Source: a virus
Lineage: Duplodnaviria > Caudoviricetes
Length of the DNA: 35,484 nucleotides
Direction: 5' to 3' (one strand)
Virus record (IMG/VR): IMGVR_UViG_3300030397_000075
Location: 1 to 35,484 of that record
Shown: positions 27,601 through 35,484 of the stretch, in pieces
How the letters are laid out: every line of letters begins with the position of its first letter
Numbering within the stretch: the first letter of the stretch is position 1
The notes under the pieces: model-generated
Told to the model about the DNA's origin: nothing
The model's input: the letters and a program-made list of their open reading frames with translations, nothing else
The model's database searches: none
Program-made: the position numbers and the translations under genes

Positions 27601-30600
27601 GACATTGCTCAGTTGAGCGGCACAGATTTAGAGTTGAGCTTAACCTTCGATGCAACAACTAACACAATAGACCTTTCCAGCTTACAAGATGGAACAGGCA
27701 CAGACGATCAGACTATTGATAAGCTGAACTTGAACGGGACTACATTAGAGGTATCGCTTGAGGATGATGGCGAAGCAGATCAAACGGTAGATTTATCCAG
27801 CCTGCAAGACGGTACGGGGACGGATGACCAAAACATAAGCGGTTCTTCTTTTAATTCAGGTAATGGAGAATTGACTATCGGTATCGAAGGAGGCACAAAT
27901 GAAACAGTTGATTTAGACGGCCGGTATTTGCAATCTGAGGTTGATGGATCGGTAACAAATGAGGGCTCTTTGACTGTAGGTGCAGGGACATCAACGACAT
28001 CATTGATAAACTCCAACACATCTGGTAGTACTCCGGTAACTATCGAAGCAGGTACAGGTATAACGCTTGCGGAATCTGGGAATACGATCACCATAACCGG
28101 ACAGGCAGGTAGTGATGACCAAAACCTTGATGTGGGTAGCTTTAACACGGGCAATGGTGAGCTTACTATTGGTATCGAGGATGGAACGGATCAGGTTATT
28201 GATCTTGATGGCAGGTATTTAATTACGGAGGTTGACGGTAGCACCTCGAACGAGCTTCAAGATTTCGACGTTACGAACCTAAACGGTACGGATTTAGAGT
28301 TATCCTTAACTCAAGATGCAACGACGCACACTATTGATCTTTCGAGCCTTCAAGACGGCACTGGAACCGACAATCAGAATTTATCTTTTGATCCCAAGTC
28401 TGGCACGGATGTAACCTTAAACATTCAAGACGGGGCAGATGTCACATTGAGAGAAGGTAGCAACATTACTTTAAATAGATCAGCGAGTAATTTACTGGAA
28501 ATATCTGCCACGGGGGATGGAACCGGCACGGATGATCAGAATATATCTGGATCTTCTTTTGCGAGTGGCACGGGTAATTTAACTATTGGAATTGAGAACG
28601 GGACTAATGAGGTAGTCAACCTTGACGGTCGTTATTTGGAAACAGAAGTAGATGGAAGTACATCGAACGAGTTGCAAGATTTTGATATTGCTCAGCTGAC
28701 AGGTACCGATCTTGAACTTTCTTTAACCCAAGATGCCACAACTTGGACGGTTGATTTATCCTCTTTAGATGGAGGATCAGGGATTGACACCCTCGCAGAC
28801 TACGATGCTTTGAGGGCATATGGCGGGAGTTCAAATGTAGTGTATGTGCAAGATTTCACAGTAACATATTTGAGTCGCGATTATACAACTATCGGAGGAT
28901 TCTTTGTTAAGGGAGGTTCTGGAGAGAACGGAGCTACCATTATTGACGGGTGGCAAAGGGTGTTTGATGGGCTAAATTTCTACCCTGATTGGTTCGAGAT
29001 GAACGGCTACGATGAAACAGGAACCGACAATGGGATACTTCAAGACAACGACCGGACAAATGGCGCTATTATTCTTTGTAATGCCGCTGGCGGTGGTGTT
29101 GTACACGAAACTCCAGGAAGAAAGATCATAGGCGAAGGCGGTAACGATGCAGGTGTGAGATATGGGGTGCAACTATTAGATAGTGTCACTCTTGACATGC
29201 ACGGCTGCGAGTACTACCTGAAAGATGCCTTAGTAGATGGAACATGGAGTATTGGGATCATTTATGCGAAGGGTAAGAAAAAAATAGGAGTCCGAAATGG
29301 ATTTATTCATGGCAATGCCTTAAATCAAACGTACACGACATATGAGCAAGGAGGTAAAGTGCAAGGAATCAGGATGTATGCCAGCCAAGCGGACAGGATA
29401 GAGGATGTCGTTATTGAGAACATGCAGATAGATTACTGTTTAGGGAATCCAATAAATCTATATGCCAGCTCTTCTGTTTTTGCCAATGACTATCAAGACT
29501 ATACGGTTAGGAACTTACGATGCTTCCATTATGGAGAAGGGCCGCAATTTATAAACGTGAACAACCTTCTTGTCGATCAGGTATATCTTGACCCCGACAC
29601 TCCATCCGTTGGAGATCATTTTGAGTTGGTGAGGTGCGATGGCTGGGTAATTTCTAACGGGCGCATTATTGGAGGATCAGGAAGCGGATCAGGTATCGAC
29701 CTATACGGCAACCAAAACGGTACGGTTCAGAATTGGTACATAACTAATACAAAGGACATAATAGAGATACACAAGGATTCTTACTCTAATTACTGCCAGA
29801 ACATATTTATTAATAACCTGCGAGGAGAGAATAGGTTAGAAACTACCCCAGCAGCTATCACATTTAATAACGGGCAGAAAGAGACTAGGAATATACATTT
29901 TAAAGGGCTTTATCTGAAGGACTATTATCAGGGGTTGGCGTTTAGTGGCGCAGACTCAATACCTGGTCCCATTATCGTGGAGGACTTCATCATTGATAGT
30001 ATGTCGAACTCAGGCATAAGTATAGCTCACGTCAAAGACCTGCGGCTCATTAATGGCGAGGTCAAGAGATGTGGTGATCGTGGTATATTTTGGAACACAT
30101 ACCAGGATGCAACGGCAGAGACAGGTAAAACGTCAATAAAAATTGAGAATGTGCATATCCATAATAACGGGAATTACGGTATATCAATGGACTTGCAAAA
30201 CCCCGCAAAGACATACTGGTGCGATGTAGATATTAAGGCGAATGTGGAGAATAACGGGAACGTTATTGAGATGCAGATAGCGAGGGCTTTGGCTGACACC
30301 CATCATATAAATGTTGTAAACACAAACGGCATTTACCAGCCATCAAGTGCCTCCACTTCAGTTTGGGGTAGAACTGACATATTTGCTTTTGATGATATAT
30401 CTAGTTTATCTGGATCGGATCATCAAAAAATACGTGTACATGGAAAAAGTGGTGGGATCGACGTAACATCATCTGCTGGAACGAATAGGCTCGTTTTTTT
30501 AGACTCATCTTCATCAGTTACTCTTAATGAAACCGAGTGGATGGACTTACAGTTCAATGTCGATTCTGTAAAGTGGTTTGAAACCGACAGGAGCGATAAA

Positions 30601-32421
30601 ACTGCAATTGTTGATGTTCACGGTAAATTTACTCCTTCTTTAGAGTGGCCGACCTTATCATCTAATAATGTTTTATTCTGGGACGGATCGAACCTGGCCG
30701 AGGATGACGACTTCACATATGAAAATGATGAGCTTGGGTTTAAAAGGGCGTTTATTCAAGACTCTTTGAAATTTGGTAATACAAGTACGCGATGCTTAAT
30801 AAGATACTCTGGGAATTACTTATTCTATCAAAGTTTGATCTCTAATGCTGGGCATTTATTCCGAGACCATCTTGGCAACAATATACTGCAATTAGACAAT
30901 GCAGACAGAGGGGCTCAAGTATACGGACCTTTAACTGTTCGAGGTGGATTAAAAGATGGATCATTAGATTTAGGTACAAGCGGGCAAGTTCTGAGGTCAA
31001 CTGGTACAGGCGTTGACTGGATCACAGGCGACCTAACCGATGATCAAACACTATCCTGGGCATCTGGCGCAAAGGAGTTGACAATATCGGGAGGAAATAC
31101 AGTCACATTAACAGGATTAGACGGAGGTGATGTACATAAATCGGGCTCATTTGTTTCTCAGGGAGTTCCTTATGCAACTAATGACTCCACAGTAACAACC
31201 GAGGCCGCTTTCACTTATGACGCTGGATCGAACAAAATGACGATTGATAATGGAGTTCTTGAGTTGGGGGATGATTCGAGTAACGATTACGTGTTATTAA
31301 GTGATTTAGCTGGGTGGTTAGAGATCAAGAGAAGCGGAAACGATCCTGTAAGAGTGAGTAGTGATTTATCTGGGAATTTAGACTTCACAACGGGCGGAGC
31401 TCAAAGGGCGTCAATTCTTGGGGATGGTTCAGAGTTTCAAATGGGGAACTTTGATTTTGATATTACTCAATCAGTAGGGGCTGGTCAAGATAACTTTGTT
31501 CTCAAATACGACAACGGGACTGGTTTAATTTCATTGGAAGCTGACGAGACCGGAGGCGGTGGCGGTGGTGGCGGTGATGTATATAAGTCAGGTACGCCAG
31601 CGAATCAACAGGTCGCTTATTGGTTAAACGATTCAACGATTCAGAGTTCATCCAGCTTTACTTTCGACGGTACAACCTTAGAAGCCAGTGATGTAGAGAG
31701 CGGCACGGGCTATGAATTTGTGACGGGGGCTACACGACACGCTGACATATACTGGGATGGTTCTGACTTAATATATCAGAACGCCACTGCTGCGAGCGAT
31801 CATGTATTCCAAAACAATATCGGACAAACAATTCTCACATTACGCAACGGATTTAGAGATGCAACATTTGAAGACGACGTCCAAGTAAAAGGGGATTTAA
31901 AAGACCCTGGATCGAGTTCGGGGACATCGGGGCAGGTTGCTACATCTCTAGGATCAGGATCGGGCTGGAGTTGGCAAGATCCTGCGGGCATTGACTCTAT
32001 TGAATTGGATTTGTCACCAGAGTTAGGGGGTGATTTGCACCTTGGTGGCAACTACTTCACAGAGACGTTTACTGCCGGAGAAACTATGACGACACTCGAC
32101 ATTTGCACAATAGATACAGACTTGACAGATGGGGAATTATACGACGCTAGCGCAACCGACGAGAGCAGGTGCAGTGGTTACTTGTTTCTAACAACTGAGG
32201 GTACGACTAACGGAACAGACACGAGAGTTATAACAGAAGGCAAGGTTACAGGGTTCGCGGGCCTTACGGCTGGTGACATTTATTATGTATCAACAGTCGC
32301 AGGGAATATAACAAATGTGGCTCCAAGTGGATCAGGCCAAATAGTCCGAAAGATAGGACAGGCTATAAACTCAACTACACTTTACTTTAAACCAGACGAG
32401 ACATGGGTAGAAGTACCGTAA
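24661..32421 (+). CDS. giant (2586 aa) fibre/tailspike-adhesin-like protein with signal peptide, acidic repeats and a right-handed beta-helix
   Basis: MKKVLFILFLGLVAGGAAA/Q; GIGTTSP at 24940; D/T/G/L-rich repeats about 25270-28775; pectate-lyase-like beta-helix about 29040-30300; GTSGQV repeats; C-terminal GLTAGDIYYVS...G.AI.STTL domain. Confidence 0.85.
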   Translation: MKKVLFILFLGLVAGGAAAQVDPSYIDAQRPDKEVLITKDSVLTYFNLGSFLQDSLGIPYDNLANGAVLVGSPSGGITSYPLQFYYANADKLLGIGTTSPEAGIHIANNRVSLAKFERTTSDSAFFELVNSVQTYYFQINEDGSFEIKQGNERPFKIGDQVEINSPVWFKDTIRSYDGTTGAVGHVWTVAANGKPEWTDPGTLTNDDQRFDTAAITDDTLYLSLTGDGEPAKEIDLKPYSNTADDQAIEQFDISNDSLRLKLENSAQARVFLEDFKQDTQSLYVVGDSLAIRRGNKVDLNELRTSQEEIEDIVGGMVSGNTETDITVDYDDPTGKLNFVVSGGGGGSDDQTVDTFELSGTDLRLSLEGDGEPFNVVDLSGLGGGTDDQTIDTLQLNGTTLEISLEDDAEAKQTVDLSSLQDGTGTDDQTIDKLNLNGTTLEVSLEDDGAPDVTVDLSSLQDGTGTDDQDLTLTGNTLAIENDPNTDVDLSPYLDNTDAQTLSFGTGTGDLTITNGNTVSLDGRYLQSEVDGSITNEIQTIDTARLVGTNLELSLSDDSEAKKTVDLSSLQDGTGSDDQTVDKFNLNGTMLELSLEDDGQPDETVDLSSLQDGTGTDDQDLTLVGNTLSIENDPNTDVDLTPYEKLTQTEVQDYVKPMVTGNIETLIDVTVTSQRFDFVVEDDLSLYDNTTSGFLTNEVDGSVTNEIQTIDTFRLVGTTLEGSLSSDGEAKKTVDLSSLQDGVFDADAIHDNVDDEFSGVSQKLEPSNADRILIEDSGASFAKKWIRIDSLPNAGGGGGSDGVATGGTHDQINRELDITVAAPGSNFSIDISALPTDLEDLTDVGLPIAYTNRFALLADGTDFHARAITEADISDLQSYLTSEVDGSVTNELQTIDTFRLVGTTLEASLSSDSEAKKTIDLSSLQDGTGTDNQNLDVGSFNTTNGELTIGIEDGTDQVIDLDGRYLETEVDGSVVNELQGFDIAQLSGTDLELSLTFDATTNTIDLSSLQDGTGTDDQTIDKLNLNGTTLEVSLEDDGEADQTVDLSSLQDGTGTDDQNISGSSFNSGNGELTIGIEGGTNETVDLDGRYLQSEVDGSVTNEGSLTVGAGTSTTSLINSNTSGSTPVTIEAGTGITLAESGNTITITGQAGSDDQNLDVGSFNTGNGELTIGIEDGTDQVIDLDGRYLITEVDGSTSNELQDFDVTNLNGTDLELSLTQDATTHTIDLSSLQDGTGTDNQNLSFDPKSGTDVTLNIQDGADVTLREGSNITLNRSASNLLEISATGDGTGTDDQNISGSSFASGTGNLTIGIENGTNEVVNLDGRYLETEVDGSTSNELQDFDIAQLTGTDLELSLTQDATTWTVDLSSLDGGSGIDTLADYDALRAYGGSSNVVYVQDFTVTYLSRDYTTIGGFFVKGGSGENGATIIDGWQRVFDGLNFYPDWFEMNGYDETGTDNGILQDNDRTNGAIILCNAAGGGVVHETPGRKIIGEGGNDAGVRYGVQLLDSVTLDMHGCEYYLKDALVDGTWSIGIIYAKGKKKIGVRNGFIHGNALNQTYTTYEQGGKVQGIRMYASQADRIEDVVIENMQIDYCLGNPINLYASSSVFANDYQDYTVRNLRCFHYGEGPQFINVNNLLVDQVYLDPDTPSVGDHFELVRCDGWVISNGRIIGGSGSGSGIDLYGNQNGTVQNWYITNTKDIIEIHKDSYSNYCQNIFINNLRGENRLETTPAAITFNNGQKETRNIHFKGLYLKDYYQGLAFSGADSIPGPIIVEDFIIDSMSNSGISIAHVKDLRLINGEVKRCGDRGIFWNTYQDATAETGKTSIKIENVHIHNNGNYGISMDLQNPAKTYWCDVDIKANVENNGNVIEMQIARALADTHHINVVNTNGIYQPSSASTSVWGRTDIFAFDDISSLSGSDHQKIRVHGKSGGIDVTSSAGTNRLVFLDSSSSVTLNETEWMDLQFNVDSVKWFETDRSDKTAIVDVHGKFTPSLEWPTLSSNNVLFWDGSNLAEDDDFTYENDELGFKRAFIQDSLKFGNTSTRCLIRYSGNYLFYQSLISNAGHLFRDHLGNNILQLDNADRGAQVYGPLTVRGGLKDGSLDLGTSGQVLRSTGTGVDWITGDLTDDQTLSWASGAKELTISGGNTVTLTGLDGGDVHKSGSFVSQGVPYATNDSTVTTEAAFTYDAGSNKMTIDNGVLELGDDSSNDYVLLSDLAGWLEIKRSGNDPVRVSSDLSGNLDFTTGGAQRASILGDGSEFQMGNFDFDITQSVGAGQDNFVLKYDNGTGLISLEADETGGGGGGGGDVYKSGTPANQQVAYWLNDSTIQSSSSFTFDGTTLEASDVESGTGYEFVTGATRHADIYWDGSDLIYQNATAASDHVFQNNIGQTILTLRNGFRDATFEDDVQVKGDLKDPGSSSGTSGQVATSLGSGSGWSWQDPAGIDSIELDLSPELGGDLHLGGNYFTETFTAGETMTTLDICTIDTDLTDGELYDASATDESRCSGYLFLTTEGTTNGTDTRVITEGKVTGFAGLTAGDIYYVSTVAGNITNVAPSGSGQIVRKIGQAINSTTLYFKPDETWVEVP
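25270..28775 (+). repeat. coding repeat array of about 35-45 aa acidic units
   Basis: DLSSLQDGTG occurs 8 times and EVDGS(V/I/T)xNE 7 times, counted in the translation; LDGRYL also recurs. Confidence 0.9.
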
Positions 32422-33896
32422 TAGTATTCTTATTAATAGGACAGATTGCTTTTGGGCAAGATTTTATGATCAGGGAAAATAACGACGTGCAAGAGATACC
32501 TGACGGCGGCACTAGAACTACTATCGCATGGGATGTGGGGGTAGATAGTAGCGGTTCTTCAATAAGTTATAATCTAAGTACTGAAGAGTGGAATCTCGCG
32601 GACACGGGCCGATATTTAATAATGTACTCGGATCATATAGGCAATACCAATACTACTAATAACGTGCGTACCAATCAGATTTACATATTAGATAGCGCAG
32701 GCGTTGAAATTGATATAGCTAGGTCAGCAAGTTTCTTGCGAAAAAGAAATAGCGCACACGAGGCTATAAATAACGGATTTGGGGTTATTTATGTAGACAC
32801 AGAGGACACAAAAATAAGACTTAGAGCATATCGGGTAGATAACATTGCAAACGTCCTGTATAGACCTCTTAGGGATACAGATTTTTCTGGTATGGCTATT
32901 GTTAAGCTTGACGACTCATGGAATTATGGTCGTTATGAAACGACAACCGATAAGTTACTCACACAGACAGAAGGGAACCATACCGCTGTCGAATGGGAGC
33001 GAACTTTAGAGGAAGATAGCCCCTTCACTCTTTCTGCCAATGACAGTTTGGTTGACATCGCTACCAATAATGTAATCTTGGGGTTGTCTTCTATTGTAAT
33101 AAAGGGGCCCGGCACAGACAATGCCCGAACTGATGTTTTTGGGAGGTATGACATAGGTGGAGATCAGAACAGAGTTGGATGGTCATACATCAGGAATAAC
33201 GCTGAAAACTGTGACGAAGGGTGTTTATCATCTATGTTTTTATGGGATAACACAAGTGGGGATGATTTTGAGGTGAATGTTTATCTCAATGAGGTTGGAA
33301 CGATAACGCCAACCGATCACCATATAAAGGCTGGATCTAATTTGCAATTAGTGGAGTTGCCTGCAAGTATAAAATATGTATTAGTCGAAGCAACGACAGG
33401 GCAGCATAACTTGAATGGTGATTATGCTTTTGACACTGAGGTTCATGAAGACGCAGCGCAGTTCACTACGACGCAACCGAGTGCAGAGATCGAAGTGGAT
33501 AGCGCGGACAGCTATCTATTGTTAGCAGGGCAGTTCCAAACTGCGGATGTTGCTAGTTTTAGACTATTGCCTCAATCACACATCGAAGTAGAAAATGTTG
33601 ACATAAACCATATTGGGGCCACATCATACCATAGGGGGACAGGAACAAATTGCAAGGGTGGTAACGTGCTTGGAGGTGTACTGCCTAATCTCGACGCAGG
33701 CGATGTGGTAGAGTTGAGTAATGAAATATGGGGAACGTCGGGAACAACCTTAACTGGAGAGGCATATATGGCTTTGGTGAAGTGGAATTCATTATTTCCC
33801 CCTCCTCCCCCATCTGGGCCCGACATGATCATAAACAGTGTAGAAGACCCTGCGAAAGTGAACGGTGTAACCCCCGCTAAAGTAAATGGAATTTAA
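32403..33896 (+). CDS. exported beta-sandwich protein (about three C1q/TNF-like jelly-roll units), putative receptor-binding or fibre accessory protein
   Basis: Signal peptide MGRSTVIVFLLIGQIAFG/Q; TGRYLI and LDAGDVVELS motifs; PPPPP linker then PAKVNGV-TPAKVNGI. Confidence 0.65.
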   Translation: MGRSTVIVFLLIGQIAFGQDFMIRENNDVQEIPDGGTRTTIAWDVGVDSSGSSISYNLSTEEWNLADTGRYLIMYSDHIGNTNTTNNVRTNQIYILDSAGVEIDIARSASFLRKRNSAHEAINNGFGVIYVDTEDTKIRLRAYRVDNIANVLYRPLRDTDFSGMAIVKLDDSWNYGRYETTTDKLLTQTEGNHTAVEWERTLEEDSPFTLSANDSLVDIATNNVILGLSSIVIKGPGTDNARTDVFGRYDIGGDQNRVGWSYIRNNAENCDEGCLSSMFLWDNTSGDDFEVNVYLNEVGTITPTDHHIKAGSNLQLVELPASIKYVLVEATTGQHNLNGDYAFDTEVHEDAAQFTTTQPSAEIEVDSADSYLLLAGQFQTADVASFRLLPQSHIEVENVDINHIGATSYHRGTGTNCKGGNVLGGVLPNLDAGDVVELSNEIWGTSGTTLTGEAYMALVKWNSLFPPPPPSGPDMIINSVEDPAKVNGVTPAKVNGI

Positions 33897-33953
33897 CCCT
33901 TGTAGATAAATGATAACCTGTTAAAACTGGCAATAATGACTTAAACCGATTAC

Positions 33954-34292
33954 ATGAACGAATTACAACAGATACTCACAGAATGCGGAGTAGCAACTAA
34001 GGTAATGGCTTACTTCATTGTGGGTATTACGGCTGCTCTAGGGTTTGCATTAAGAACCTTATGGGCGAAGATTGAACGACAAGAGCAAGCAAAGCAAGAA
34101 ATTCAAAAAGCGAAAGATGCAAATGACAAGGAGTACTTGACTACGCTAAAAGATGTTACGAACATTCTTGATAATGTCTTGCATACGGTTACTGGATTGG
34201 CTCCGGAAGTGAAAAGAGAAATACAAGAAACAGAGCGGAGGATTACCGACATAATTAGAGATCGAAATGAGCGAAAGAAAGACATATCGTAG
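33954..34292 (+). CDS. holin-like single-TM plus coiled-coil protein
   Basis: VMAYFIVGITAALGFAL transmembrane segment; first gene of the lysis region. Confidence 0.5.
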   Translation: MNELQQILTECGVATKVMAYFIVGITAALGFALRTLWAKIERQEQAKQEIQKAKDANDKEYLTTLKDVTNILDNVLHTVTGLAPEVKREIQETERRITDIIRDRNERKKDIS

Positions 34293-34695
34293 CAGGTTGA
34301 AGCGTATGGTTTTTAGCGGTGGAGTTATCCCTCCCCCTACTGACCTACCTGACTGGGGTGAAGATTGGGCTCCTTTTGGGGATAATGGGGATGAAATGCG
34401 CGAAGTTAAGGTAGAGGATAATATGTCAATCTATCTATACCGAGCGAAGGCCGGTAGTCAATTTCCTGCCCATTGGCATTCGAATGTAGAAATGTTCATC
34501 CTTATAAAGGGCTCAATGACTATGCACTTTGAGGAAAGAGAAAGCCGCTTGATGTGGCCTGGAGATGGTGTCTATATTCCCAAGGAAGAGATGCACTCAT
34601 GTATTTTCCACGAAGACAGCTTTATCATATTGGCTTACACACCCTCTTTTGATAAGGGGAAATGGGAATCGATTCAAAATATAACCAAAAACTGA
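34267..34695 (+). CDS. cupin-domain protein
   Basis: Motif 1 GSQFPAHWHSNVEMFILIKG and motif 2 GDGVYIPKEEMHS, with the His/His/Glu/His metal ligands intact. Confidence 0.88.
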   Translation: MSERKTYRSRLKRMVFSGGVIPPPTDLPDWGEDWAPFGDNGDEMREVKVEDNMSIYLYRAKAGSQFPAHWHSNVEMFILIKGSMTMHFEERESRLMWPGDGVYIPKEEMHSCIFHEDSFIILAYTPSFDKGKWESIQNITKN

Positions 34696-34699
34696 TATA

Positions 34700-35008
34700 A
34701 TGAAGAAGTTATCATTTATCCTAATGCTATTGCTACCGGCTTTAATGGTAGCTCAAATTGAAGTGCCAAACCCCGAAGAAGGCGACGCGCTATCGTACAT
34801 TCAAAACCTGTTAAACTGGCTTGGAGAGTTTGTATCGGGGTGGTACGCCTTGATCATTCCTTTGGCATGGACAGTTGTGAGGTTGACACCTACAAAAAGA
34901 GATAACGACATACTATCTAAGATCGTAGCTTGGTTGAATTGGCTTGTGCCAAATAACAAGGCTGAGGGAGGTGAGCATGATAGTTTGGCGAAAGGTAAAA
35001 AGTCTTAA
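34700..35008 (+). CDS. membrane protein with signal peptide, holin or antiholin candidate
   Basis: MKKLSFILMLLLPALMVA/Q; TM segment then VVRLTPTKRDNDIL, a pattern seen in small phage holin-like proteins. Confidence 0.55.
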   Translation: MKKLSFILMLLLPALMVAQIEVPNPEEGDALSYIQNLLNWLGEFVSGWYALIIPLAWTVVRLTPTKRDNDILSKIVAWLNWLVPNNKAEGGEHDSLAKGKKS

Positions 35009-35021
35009 CTAGACGTGAGGT

Positions 35022-35051
35022 GGGAGTGGCTGGGAGGCTGCTCCCTTTTTT
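35022..35051 (+). terminator. rho-independent terminator upstream of the endolysin
   Basis: GGGAGTGGC/GCTGCTCCC stem followed by TTTTTT. Confidence 0.7.
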
Positions 35052-35054
35052 ACT

Positions 35055-35465
35055 ATGAATGTAATCCTAACACGAGTAGTGTTTGAGCCTGAGCAAACGC
35101 TAGGGCATCTATCTGTACTGGATGGATGCAAGCAGGTATTTCAGTGCAAGACCTTGGAATTACCTTGGAGAGACAACGCAAGGAATTTAAGCTGCATCCC
35201 TCCAGGGTGTTATCCATTGATATATGAGTACTCCCCGCGTTTTGACATGATGCTGTGGGAGGTTTACGATGTTCCTGAAAGGTCAGAGTGTAAGTTTCAC
35301 ACAGCTAACTATGTGAGGCAGTTAAACGGCTGCATTGCATTAGGTGATATGCACCTTGATCTAAACGGGGATGGAGTTAGAGACATCCGAAATAGCAAAG
35401 CTACAATCAAAAAATTCAATGATGTGTTAGCGCATCGGCCTTACCTAACAGTTATCGAAGTATGA
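35055..35465 (+). CDS. DUF5675-family putative endolysin (L,D-transpeptidase-like)
   Basis: TLGHL...CKTLELPW..N....SCIPPGCY...SPRF...VPERS...FHTANY..QLNGCIALG signature. Confidence 0.85.
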   Translation: MNVILTRVVFEPEQTLGHLSVLDGCKQVFQCKTLELPWRDNARNLSCIPPGCYPLIYEYSPRFDMMLWEVYDVPERSECKFHTANYVRQLNGCIALGDMHLDLNGDGVRDIRNSKATIKKFNDVLAHRPYLTVIEV

Positions 35466-35484
35466 GTAGATTAAGAGCTGATCT

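Noticed and set aside
25270-28775. CRISPR-like repeat array
   Set aside because: Repeats are in-frame coding units with synonymous divergence, not identical repeats separated by unique spacers
24661-33896. Diversity-generating retroelement or invertible tail-fibre cassette
   Set aside because: No reverse transcriptase or invertase gene, and no adenine-specific template/variable repeat pair seen in this window

Overview
This window is about 35 kb of a temperate, siphovirus-like tailed phage. A Bacteroidota host is inferred from TAnnTTTG promoter elements, A-rich starts without Shine-Dalgarno sequences, Sec signal peptides with Gln at +1, and a DUF5675-like endolysin. Left to right it holds: small early or accessory genes; a tyrosine integrase with an apparently intact attP whose core resembles the 3' end of tmRNA, suggesting the excised (non-integrated) form; about 5 kb of short accessory ORFs; terminase small and large subunits; a tail-tube-like gene placed ahead of the portal; portal, scaffold and major capsid; neck and tail genes; tape measure and tail-tip genes; two fibre-position genes; and a lysis region. 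No replication genes or clear repressor are visible. Three observations stand out. (1) The 2586-aa acidic-repeat/beta-helix protein and the 497-aa protein in the tail-fibre slot both start with cleavable-looking signal peptides, while the usual fibre-anchor motif is a separate small ORF. (2) An integron-like mini array of attC-type hairpins and cassettes lies at 4.9-5.6 kb, and one ORF starts inside a hairpin and reads across the putative crossover point. (3) A small hairpin with a conserved loop and covarying stems precedes the tail-tube, scaffold and capsid genes. All family assignments come from motif recognition and gene order, not from database searches.
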